This document shows positions 37,493-45,915 of a stretch of DNA of 64,000 nt, piece by piece (the first letter of the stretch is position 1; every line of letters begins with the position of its first letter). The position numbers were made by a program, and so were the translations under genes. The notes under the pieces are model-generated. The model saw only the letters and a program-made list of their open reading frames with translations, searched no databases and was not told the DNA's origin. The stretch is from Flavobacterium sp. UBA7665 (lineage in GTDB: Bacteria > Bacteroidota > Bacteroidia > Flavobacteriales > Flavobacteriaceae), in NCBI GenBank assembly GCA_002483285.1, contig DLHP01000033.1, positions 22,980-86,979 on the forward strand, given 5' to 3'.

Positions 37493-38023
37493 TTATTTAT
37501 CGTGTAACGTGATTTTATTATCGCGGCAATCGGCAATCAACGCGTCGATTTTTTGCTCGTTGAGGTGTTCTTTGTAGAAATCGCCGAGTTGCATCATGGG
37601 TGCGTATCCACAGGCGCCAAGGCATTCTACGCCACGCACTTCAAACATACCATCTGCTGTTGGTTCTCCAACTTTTACCCCGAGTTTGCTACAGGTGTAA
37701 TCCATCAAATTCTCGACGCCGTTCAAACAGCAGGGTGAAGTCTGGCAGAACTCGAACATGTATTTCCCGATTGGGCGTTGGTTGAACATGGTGTAAAAGG
37801 TCACCACTTCATAGACTTCTACGGGTTTTATTTTGAGGATTTCGGCCACCTTATCCTGCAATTCGATACTGAGCCAATTGTCATGCGCATCCTGTACTTC
37901 GTGCAAAACCGGCAGCAACGCCGATTTGATCTTGTCTTCGGGATAGTGCGAAATCAGTTCGTTGATGCGAGCCATTAAAGGTTCGGTGATGTTGATGTTT
38001 TGGGTGTAGTGTTTTCTTTCCAT
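37493..38023 (-). CDS. nuoE: NADH-quinone oxidoreductase subunit E
   Basis: CQTSPC, ECLGACGYAP. Confidence 0.95.
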   Translation of the reverse strand: MERKHYTQNINITEPLMARINELISHYPEDKIKSALLPVLHEVQDAHDNWLSIELQDKVAEILKIKPVEVYEVVTFYTMFNQRPIGKYMFEFCQTSPCCLNGVENLMDYTCSKLGVKVGEPTADGMFEVRGVECLGACGYAPMMQLGDFYKEHLNEQKIDALIADCRDNKITLHDK

Positions 38024-38026
38024 AAT

Positions 38027-39262
38027 TTAGGCATCTAATTCTCCGGCAATCACGTTCATGCTCGATAAAATGACGATCGCATCCGACAAGAGCGCGCCTT
38101 TGATCATTTCAGGATACGCCTGGTAGTAAATGTAACAAGGCCTGCGGAAATGCAAACGGTATGGGGTTCGGCTTCCGTCGGTGACGAGAAAAAAACCAAG
38201 CTCACCGTTTCCGCCTTCTACCGCATGATAGACTTCGGCAACCGGAACGGGCACTTCGCCCATCACAATCTTGAAATGGTAAATCAGCGATTCCATGGTT
38301 GTATACACGTCTTCTTTTGGAGGCAAATAATAGTCGGGAACGTCGGCGTGGTATGGGCCTTCGGGCATTTTGGCCAACGCCTGTTTGATGATGCTGATGC
38401 TTTCCCAAACCTCGGCGTTGCGTACGCAGAACCGGTCGTAGGTGTCACCCGATTTCCCAACGGGAACGATGAAATCGAAATCTTCATACGAAGAGTACGG
38501 ATGCGCCACACGTACGTCGTAATCGACGCCGGCAGCACGCAAATTCGGGCCTGTAAAGCCATATTCCATGGCGCGTTCGGCCGAAATGGGCCCTACATTT
38601 ACCGTACGGTCGATGAAAATCCTGTTTCTTTCAAAGAGATTCTCGAACTCTTTCCAGGCAACCGGGAATTCTTCGAGGAATGTATCGAGTAATTCAAATG
38701 CTTTTGGTGTCCAATCCCTTTCGAATCCGCCGATACGACCCATGTTGGTCGTTAATCGCGCACCGCAGATTTCTTCGTAAATCTCGTATACTTTTTCACG
38801 GAATTGGAACACATATAAAAATCCGGTATAAGCGCCGGTATCGACACCAAGGATGGAGTTGCAAATTAAGTGATCGGTGATCCTTGCGAGTTCCATCACA
38901 ATCACACGCAAATACTGCGCGCGTTTGGGAACTTCTACACCGAGCAATTTCTCCAAAGTCATCCACCAACCCATATTGTTGATTGGCGATGAGCAATAAT
39001 TCATGCGGTCGGTGAGTGGTGTGATCTGGTAAAACGGACGGTTTTCGGCGATTTTTTCAAACGCGCGGTGAATGTACCCGATGGTGGGCTCGGCTTCAAG
39101 GATGCGCTCGCCGTCCATAAGCAATATGTTCTGGAAAATACCGTGTGTGGCTGGGTGTGTAGGGCCTAAATTGAGGATCGAAAGCTCGCTTCCGTCCTCA
39201 TTGTGTAGCTCTTTCATCATTTTAGCATACCGCTGCTCTGGTGGTAACAATAAATCTGACAT
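38027..39262 (-). CDS. nuoD: NADH-quinone oxidoreductase subunit D
   Basis: NLGPTHPATHG, GYIHRAFEK, IAGELD. Confidence 0.96.
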   Translation of the reverse strand: MSDLLLPPEQRYAKMMKELHNEDGSELSILNLGPTHPATHGIFQNILLMDGERILEAEPTIGYIHRAFEKIAENRPFYQITPLTDRMNYCSSPINNMGWWMTLEKLLGVEVPKRAQYLRVIVMELARITDHLICNSILGVDTGAYTGFLYVFQFREKVYEIYEEICGARLTTNMGRIGGFERDWTPKAFELLDTFLEEFPVAWKEFENLFERNRIFIDRTVNVGPISAERAMEYGFTGPNLRAAGVDYDVRVAHPYSSYEDFDFIVPVGKSGDTYDRFCVRNAEVWESISIIKQALAKMPEGPYHADVPDYYLPPKEDVYTTMESLIYHFKIVMGEVPVPVAEVYHAVEGGNGELGFFLVTDGSRTPYRLHFRRPCYIYYQAYPEMIKGALLSDAIVILSSMNVIAGELDA

Positions 39263-39274
39263 GGCTGGCTAAAA

Positions 39275-39796
39275 TTAGAGGTTAATGGTGGTTCTTCCGA
39301 AGAAACGGTCGTCTTTGTCGGTGCGGCCTGAGTCTTCCATTGGGAATTCCTTGCGCATCGGGAACGAGATCATTTCGTCCATGTTCAGGATGCGTTTGAG
39401 TTGCGGATGCCCCTTGAAATCGATGCCGTAAAAATCGTATGATTCGCGCTCCATCCAATTGGCGCAAAGGAAAATGTTGCTCACGGTTTTGATTTCCGGC
39501 GTTGTTCCATTGAGGAACGCCTTGATCTTGATGCGCTTGTTTTCGTACCAATTGTGCAACAAATACACGATCGCAAATTGCCTGTCGGCCTCCGCATCAG
39601 GATAATGGATTGTGAATAGCGAAGTCAGGAAATGGAACCGCAATTCTTCGCTGTTTTTTAAAAACAAAAGGACAGCCGTATTACTATCGGCTGTCATTTC
39701 AAATGAAAATAAATCGCTTTCCTGCTGAAAATTCGAAACGCTTTCGTCGAATTTTTCGGTCAACTGATTTTGAATGTCTGTATTTTCTAGCGCCAT
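39275..39796 (-). CDS. nuoC: NADH-quinone oxidoreductase subunit C
   Basis: ANWMERESYDFYGIDFKGHP.LKRIL. Confidence 0.95.
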   Translation of the reverse strand: MALENTDIQNQLTEKFDESVSNFQQESDLFSFEMTADSNTAVLLFLKNSEELRFHFLTSLFTIHYPDAEADRQFAIVYLLHNWYENKRIKIKAFLNGTTPEIKTVSNIFLCANWMERESYDFYGIDFKGHPQLKRILNMDEMISFPMRKEFPMEDSGRTDKDDRFFGRTTINL

Positions 39797-39801
39797 TTGT
39801 T

Positions 39802-40350
39802 TTATTGTATGTTATAAGAAGCCAGTAATTCCTGGTACTCAGGCGAGCTTCTCCTTCTAACCGATTCGGTTTTAACGAGTTCCTGCAATTTCATCACGCC
39901 TTCTACGATTTGCTCGGGCCTTGGCGGACAACCCGGAACGTAAACATCAACAGGAATGACTTTGTCGATGCCTTGCAAAACAGAGTACGTGTCGAAGATT
40001 CCGCCCGAACAAGCGCAGGCACCGACTGAAATCACCCAGCGTGGCTCCGACATTTGCTCATACACCTGACGCAGGATTGGCGCCATTTTTTTAGAAATGG
40101 TTCCCATGACCATGAGCATGTCGGCCTGGCGTGGCGAAAAGCTCACACGCTCCGATCCGAAACGCGCCAAATCGTAATGCGAAGCCATCGTCGCCATGAA
40201 TTCAATACCGCAGCAAGAAGTGGCAAACGGCAAAGGCCAAAGCGAATTGGCACGCGCGAGCCCAACGATATCGTCGAGTTTACCGGCGAAGAAACCTTCT
40301 CCTGTGTAGCCTTCGGGTGCGTCGGCAGTTTTTATTTTTGAATCGCTCAT
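39802..40350 (-). CDS. nuoB: NADH-quinone oxidoreductase subunit B
   Basis: ATSCCGIE, SPRQAD, VPGCPPRPE. Confidence 0.96.
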   Translation of the reverse strand: MSDSKIKTADAPEGYTGEGFFAGKLDDIVGLARANSLWPLPFATSCCGIEFMATMASHYDLARFGSERVSFSPRQADMLMVMGTISKKMAPILRQVYEQMSEPRWVISVGACACSGGIFDTYSVLQGIDKVIPVDVYVPGCPPRPEQIVEGVMKLQELVKTESVRRRSSPEYQELLASYNIQ

Positions 40351-40440
40351 TTTGATTGTTGATTTTAGATTTTAGATTTTAGAATGAAAATCAGAAATCA
40401 TTTAAATGTTTTAACCTCGGAGATCAGAAATCTAAAATTA

Positions 40441-40806
40441 CTATTCCCACTCGAGGCCTTTTTTCTTGATGATGTAGAAAAATCCAACGAGTAACAGCAT
40501 CATAAAGATGACCATCTTTACCATGCCTTCCATGCCGAGTTCCTTGAAATTGATGGCCCACGGATATAAGAAAATCACTTCCACGTCGAAAAGCACGAAC
40601 AGGATGGCTACGAGGAAATATTTAACCGAAAAAGGGATACGGGCGTTACCTACTGACTCGATTCCGCACTCGAAATTTTTGTCTTTAGAAGCCGAAGATC
40701 TTTTGGGGCCTAATTTCCCGGAGATAATGATAGTACCTACAACAAATCCAACGGCTAAGAGCAGTTGCATGAGTATTGGGAAGTAATCCATTTGGGTAGA
40801 TTCCAT
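40441..40806 (-). CDS. nuoA: NADH-quinone oxidoreductase subunit A
   Basis: FECG, KYFLVAILFVLFDVE. Confidence 0.95.
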   Translation of the reverse strand: MESTQMDYFPILMQLLLAVGFVVGTIIISGKLGPKRSSASKDKNFECGIESVGNARIPFSVKYFLVAILFVLFDVEVIFLYPWAINFKELGMEGMVKMVIFMMLLLVGFFYIIKKKGLEWE

Positions 40807-40944
40807 AGCAAAAAGGTTATTTTTTTGTAAACTTTTACAAAGATAGTTGTCGAGAATTAATTAGCAACCAAATTTTGGATTTTCATCGCGATGCAAACGT
40901 TGTAACTTCGTAATTTTTATTGATTATAAATAAGAAAGAAGTCT

Positions 40945-41065
40945 AAAGACCGCTATGCTGAAAGACCGCTGCGCTGCAAGAAGAAAGAGTTAAGACTTCC
41001 ATAAACTCGACAGTCGTTCTTCTTGCAGCGCAGCGATCTTGCTTCTATCAGCGTTAGCGGTCTTT
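40945..41065. repeat. Nested long hairpin (REP/MITE-like) upstream of the nuoA promoter
   Basis: 19-bp perfect inverted repeat 40967-40985 / 41017-41035 inside an 11-bp outer repeat 40945-40955 / 41055-41065. Confidence 0.7.
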
Positions 41066-41083
41066 TTTCTAACTTTATCCAAT

Positions 41084-41114
41084 AAAAAAACGCCCCGATT
41101 CCTCGAGGCGTTGT
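41084..41114 (-). terminator. Terminator of the cold-shock gene
   Basis: A7 plus cgcc.cga...tcgaggcg stem. Confidence 0.55.
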
Positions 41115-41146
41115 TCTTTAGGCAACAAAAATAGTGGTATATATTT

Positions 41147-41347
41147 TTAGTTTTCGAGAGCTACTACTTGCGCAGCAACTTTACCTTTTCTTCCTTCTTC
41201 TTCTTCGTAAGATACTCTGTCACCTTCGCGAAGTTCTTCCGCTTTGATTCCTGAAGCATGAACGAAGATATCTTTTCCTGTTTCTTCGTCTGTAATGAAT
41301 CCGTAACCTTTAGACTCATTGAAAAATTTAACTGTTCCTGTACGCAT
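41147..41347 (-). CDS. Cold-shock protein
   Basis: GTVKFFNESKGYGFI, DIFVHASG; 66 aa. Confidence 0.95.
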   Translation of the reverse strand: MRTGTVKFFNESKGYGFITDEETGKDIFVHASGIKAEELREGDRVSYEEEEGRKGKVAAQVVALEN

Positions 41348-41476
41348 TGTAATAATGATAATAAATTTATAATGACGCAAATGTAATCTTTAAAATAATA
41401 CGAAAATCACTTACCTGTTAAAATTTTCTAAAAATTATTGATTCTCAGTGAATTCGAAATTTTTTTTGAAGGAAAT

Positions 41477-43294
41477 TTATTTTAAATCGAGTTTAATATG
41501 CAATTCGTTCAGCTGCGCGTTGTCAATCGCCGAAGGCGCGTCAATCATCACATCACGCCCCGAATTGTTTTTCGGGAACGCGATAAAATCACGAATGGTT
41601 TCCTGTCCGCCCAAAATCGCCACCAAGCGATCGAGCCCAAAAGCCAATCCTCCATGCGGCGGCGCACCGTATTGAAAGGCGTCCATCAAAAACCCGAACT
41701 GGTTTTGGGCCTGTTCTTTTGTAAAACCGAGCAAGCTAAACATATAGCTTTGTGTTTGTTTATCGTGGATTCGGATCGATCCGCCTCCAATTTCGTTACC
41801 GTTAAGCACCATATCGTATGCGTTAGCTTTGAGTCTATCAATAACCGGATCGCGTTCTTGCAATAACTCCGCCGTATTTTTCAATAGATCAAAAACTTCA
41901 TAAAGATGTTTTTGTTGTTTCGCGGTTAGAGCTTTGATTTTTGGAGAAGTAAAAGGATGGTGCATCGCATGATACCTTTTACTTTCCTCGTCCCATTCAA
42001 ATAGAGGAAAGTCTACGACCCAAAGCGGAGCGTATTGGTCAGGCTTCCTGAGGTTTAAACGTGTGGCAAGTTCCATACGAAGTGTGCTAAGACGTGTTCT
42101 TGTTTTATGCACATCTCCGCACATAAAAAGCATCAAATCTCCTGGAATGGCTTGAGTTTTTAAAGCCCAGAATTTGAAATTTTCCTCAGTATAAAATTTA
42201 TCAACAGATGATTTAAAAGTGCCGTCGGTTTCATATTTAACCCAAATTAGGCCATCGGCTCCTACTTGAGGACGTTTAACCCAATCAATCAATTCATCTA
42301 TTTGCTTTCTAGAATATGTGGCGCAATTTGGAACAGCTATTCCAACAACCAATTCCGCTTTTTGGAAAATACTAAAATCTTTGGCTCTTTTCGCGTCTTT
42401 TGTAATTTCTCCAAATTTCATCCCAAAACGGATGTCTGGCTTATCGTTGCCATACGTTCTCATTGCATAATCGTATGTTATTACTGGAAATCTCTTTTTA
42501 GGAATATTATGAAATTTATTTAATAAGTGATTAGTCAATCCCTCGAACATCCGAATAATATCTTTTTGCTCGACAAAAGCCATTTCACAATCGATCTGCG
42601 TAAACTCAGGCTGACGGTCGGCTCTTAAATCTTCATCTCTAAAACATTTCACAATCTGGAAATACTTGTCCATGCCACCCACCATGAGCAATTGCTTGAA
42701 TGTTTGCGGCGACTGAGGTAAGGCATAAAATTCCCCTTTATTCATTCTGCTAGGCACAATAAAATCTCTTGCGCCTTCGGGAGTAGATTTAATAAGAACA
42801 GGTGTTTCTATCTCACAAAACCCTTTTTTAGAAAGGTAATTCCGTACTTCCATCGCCACTTTATGGCGAAACAGCAGCGCGTTCTTCACCGGATTTCTCC
42901 TAATATCAAGGTAACGGAATTTCATACGCGTTTCTTCACCACCGTCGGTTTCATCCTCAATCGTAAACGGCGGCGTGATCGCAGCGTTCAGAACGGTAAG
43001 TTCAGAAACTAAAATCTCGATATCGCCGGTCGCCATATTCTTATTCTTCGATTCGCGCTCAATGACTTTGCCTTTCACCTGAATCACAAATTCGCGTCCG
43101 AGCGTGCGTGACTTTTCAAATGTGTCCTTGTCTGTACGATTGTCAAAAAGCAACTGCGTGATGCCGTAGCGGTCGCGCAAATCTACCCAGTTCATAAAAC
43201 CTTTGTCGCGCGATTTCTGCACCCAGCCCGCGAGCGTAACTTCTTGATTGATGTTTGCGGCGGTTAATTCACCGCAATTGTGACTTCTGTACAT
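41477..43294 (-). CDS. aspS: Aspartate-tRNA ligase with a divergent AT-rich central segment
   Basis: [51 protein letters not shown]. Confidence 0.96.
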   Translation of the reverse strand: MYRSHNCGELTAANINQEVTLAGWVQKSRDKGFMNWVDLRDRYGITQLLFDNRTDKDTFEKSRTLGREFVIQVKGKVIERESKNKNMATGDIEILVSELTVLNAAITPPFTIEDETDGGEETRMKFRYLDIRRNPVKNALLFRHKVAMEVRNYLSKKGFCEIETPVLIKSTPEGARDFIVPSRMNKGEFYALPQSPQTFKQLLMVGGMDKYFQIVKCFRDEDLRADRQPEFTQIDCEMAFVEQKDIIRMFEGLTNHLLNKFHNIPKKRFPVITYDYAMRTYGNDKPDIRFGMKFGEITKDAKRAKDFSIFQKAELVVGIAVPNCATYSRKQIDELIDWVKRPQVGADGLIWVKYETDGTFKSSVDKFYTEENFKFWALKTQAIPGDLMLFMCGDVHKTRTRLSTLRMELATRLNLRKPDQYAPLWVVDFPLFEWDEESKRYHAMHHPFTSPKIKALTAKQQKHLYEVFDLLKNTAELLQERDPVIDRLKANAYDMVLNGNEIGGGSIRIHDKQTQSYMFSLLGFTKEQAQNQFGFLMDAFQYGAPPHGGLAFGLDRLVAILGGQETIRDFIAFPKNNSGRDVMIDAPSAIDNAQLNELHIKLDLK

Positions 43295-43372
43295 GGTTGA
43301 AAATTTATGGCGCAAATTTAGCTCAAAAAATATAATTTATATCATAAGAATATCATTCCAGTTTGGATTTTG

Positions 43373-43582
43373 TTGGGCGTTGCCTGCGGCCCGCGCTTTC
43401 CGCAGTGCGCGGCACTTTGCTGCAATCGCTAACGCGGGCATCGGTTTCAGCCGGAGCTTTGCGTTAAGGATGGCAGCGGTATCCTTTTGCGAGGTTACGA
43501 GCAAAAGATACAAGCGAACAGCCTGGCCGCGTCGCGAATTTTCAATTTTAGCCATTTTAGCCAAAACGCGGCAACGCCCAAA
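43373..43582. repeat. REP-like copy C inside a ~210-bp unit bounded by 12-bp inverted repeats
   Basis: ttgggcgttgcc (43373-43384) ... ggcaacgcccaa (43570-43581); REP body 43375-43440. Confidence 0.6.
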
Positions 43583-43724
43583 TGACAAGGCTTTCGGGCT
43601 TTTTTTAAAATTTCCAATGTTAAGTTTTCATTCAATGTTACCAAATTGTTAAGTGAAAGTTTTTTTAATGTCAACAGATTGTTATCTTTGTTATGTAATT
43701 GTGAAACACTTAAACCTACATAAG

Positions 43725-44066
43725 ATGAAAAAGTATTTATTCATGGCAGCAATCCTCGTTTCAGGAATGGTGTCGGCACAGGAAACAGAACCAAAACTCG
43801 AAGCATACGGAAACCTTGTTAAAGCGACTTACTTCTACGAAAACGGCCAAGTACAACAAACAGGCTTTTTTAAAGACGGTAAACTAGAAGGACAATGGGT
43901 AGCGTACTACGAAAACGGCAATAAAAAATCAGTAGGCGAATTTAGCAATGGGCAAAAAACCGGAAAATGGGTTTTGTTCAATGAAAATGCGCTTACAGAA
44001 GTGAACTACAATGACAACGCAGTTGCCTCTGTAAGAAACTGGAAACAGGATTTGGCGAAGAACTAA
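43725..44066 (+). CDS. Secreted MORN-variant repeat protein
   Basis: Signal peptide; YFYENGQVQQTGFFKDGKLEGQWVAYYENG. Confidence 0.75.
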   Translation: MKKYLFMAAILVSGMVSAQETEPKLEAYGNLVKATYFYENGQVQQTGFFKDGKLEGQWVAYYENGNKKSVGEFSNGQKTGKWVLFNENALTEVNYNDNAVASVRNWKQDLAKN

Positions 44067-44085
44067 AACCAACCTTTATACAATT

Positions 44086-44114
44086 AAAATCCCGCCCGAA
44101 AGCGGGATTTTTTT
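44086..44114 (+). terminator. Intrinsic terminator
   Basis: aaaatcccgc-ccgaaa-gcgggatttt plus T tract. Confidence 0.75.
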
Positions 44115-44198
44115 ATTGGAATTGTATCAACTCAAACTGAAATGCTGTAAAACTTTTTGACCCATTTGTGCAGAACTTCGTGTTTTAAAATCAATCTT

Positions 44199-44687
44199 AT
44201 GAAAAGACTTATTACACTTATTGCCATTGCTATGGTTTCTGTTTCCTGGGCACAAAAAACCTCAGACAAAAAAGTGCCCGAATTTATCGTCCACATGGCC
44301 GATGCGCGCATCATGGACCGTGAAGAAGGTCGTCTGGCCGCATCACTGGGAACCACGCAAGCCATCCGCGACTACGGCACCCAAATGGTCAAAGACCAGG
44401 ACATGTTGCTCGCCAAATTGCAAACGCTCGCCGCATCAAAGAACATCACTTTGCCCAACGCAATCAGCGAGAAGAAAAGCAAACAGCTTGAAAAACTCTC
44501 CAAGCTCACCGGGAAGCCTTTTGACCGCAAATTCCTAAAGATGATCAAAGCCGACCACAAGCGCGACATCAAACGGTTCAAGAAAGCAACTTTTTTTGAG
44601 GATGGCGATACCCGGATATTTGCCGAGACCAACCTCAGGTTGATTGAGCAGCATTTGGCGCAGGCGCAGGCCTTGTCCAAAAAATAG
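44199..44687 (+). CDS. DUF4142-domain secreted protein
   Basis: Signal peptide; IRDYGTQMVKDQ...FDRKFLKMIKADHKRDI. Confidence 0.75.
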   Translation: MKRLITLIAIAMVSVSWAQKTSDKKVPEFIVHMADARIMDREEGRLAASLGTTQAIRDYGTQMVKDQDMLLAKLQTLAASKNITLPNAISEKKSKQLEKLSKLTGKPFDRKFLKMIKADHKRDIKRFKKATFFEDGDTRIFAETNLRLIEQHLAQAQALSKK

Positions 44688-44738
44688 TTAGTGGAGCGCG
44701 ACTTTAAACCAAGTCCATGCGCAACTGGTATTAAAATT

Positions 44739-44764
44739 AAATCCCGCAAGCTGCGGGATTTTTT
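44739..44764. terminator. Bidirectional terminator
   Basis: aaatcccgca-agc-tgcgggattt plus T tract. Confidence 0.7.
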
Positions 44765-44799
44765 ATTGGAGATTTAAACAGGAAAAGCGGATGCGTAAT

Positions 44800-45915
44800 T
44801 TAAGTTAGCCGTTTTTTACTTTTCTTACGGCGTCCGTACCAAATTACAAAACCGGTGACCGGTAGCGCAGCGGCAATCAAACTTGCCGTAAATGCAATGA
44901 TTTTTCCGGGCAAGTTGAGGATTTGTCCGGTATGGATTCCGTAGCTCATTTCATTGAGTTGCAAACCTAGGGATTTGTGCTGGTATGGTTCTGAAGTCAG
45001 CAGCGCGCCGCTTTCGGGATGGAAATGGTAATTGCTCTGGTGGTCGTAGCGCAAAGCGTGTGGATAAGCGCCCGTCTCAACCGGGTCTTTTTTGTGTTCT
45101 GGAAAAACTACAAAAAACATATCGTGTTTCGGATTTTTCTCGACGGTCCAGAAAAACGCATGGTCGGCAGCCGAGAGCGTATTGCTTTTAAAAGCGGTGG
45201 TGTCAATCACCGGATGCTGTGTTTCTTTTTCTTTGTTTCCTCCGCCTAAGTTGGCGGTGTAGTAAATCCCGTCGCCTACCCAATCGTACGCAAAAGTCAA
45301 ACCCGTAATGGCAATGACAAGTGCCACCAAAGCCATGTAAAAGCCAGAAACATTGTGCCAGTCATAGTTTACGCGGCGCCATTTGGCCGACCATTTCACC
45401 GACAGCCTTTTCTTAAGGTCGGTTTTCTTTTTGGGCCACCATTGGATGATGCCCGAAATGAGCAGCAGGATGAAAATAAGTGTCGCGCCGGCCACGATGT
45501 GTTTGCCAATGTAATCGGGCAGCAGCAGGTACAGGTGGATGTATTCTACAATTATGAAGAAATCGGTAGTGGGATCTTCTGTAAACAAATGCTTTCCGGT
45601 GTACGGGTTCATAAAGACATAGAAATTGCCTTTATCGTTGCTGGTATACGCCACCGCCGAACGGTTGCGCGCCACATAAAAAACGAGTGTCGATTTGGCG
45701 TTGGGAATCACCTTAAGCGCGTTTTCCCTTAACACAGAAGGCGGCAAAAAGGGTTTGCCCGTATCTTCAACAAACCGGATTTCCTTTCGGGTGATGTCCT
45801 TGATTTCGTCATGGAAACAAAACAGGCAACCCGTTATACTGACAATAAACACAATAAGCCCGGAGGTGAGTCCGAGCCATTTGTGTAGTAAGCGTACGTT
45901 TTTTTTGAATTCCAT
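44800..45915 (-). CDS. PepSY-associated TM helix domain protein
   Basis: LHKWLGLTSG, IHLYLLL, DWHNVSG, IHTG...GFVIW. Confidence 0.88.
   Translation of the reverse strand: MEFKKNVRLLHKWLGLTSGLIVFIVSITGCLFCFHDEIKDITRKEIRFVEDTGKPFLPPSVLRENALKVIPNAKSTLVFYVARNRSAVAYTSNDKGNFYVFMNPYTGKHLFTEDPTTDFFIIVEYIHLYLLLPDYIGKHIVAGATLIFILLLISGIIQWWPKKKTDLKKRLSVKWSAKWRRVNYDWHNVSGFYMALVALVIAITGLTFAYDWVGDGIYYTANLGGGNKEKETQHPVIDTTAFKSNTLSAADHAFFWTVEKNPKHDMFFVVFPEHKKDPVETGAYPHALRYDHQSNYHFHPESGALLTSEPYQHKSLGLQLNEMSYGIHTGQILNLPGKIIAFTASLIAAALPVTGFVIWYGRRKKSKKRLT

Noticed and set aside
43337-43652. ORFs upstream of aspS
   Set aside because: They translate the REP-like element and promoter region.
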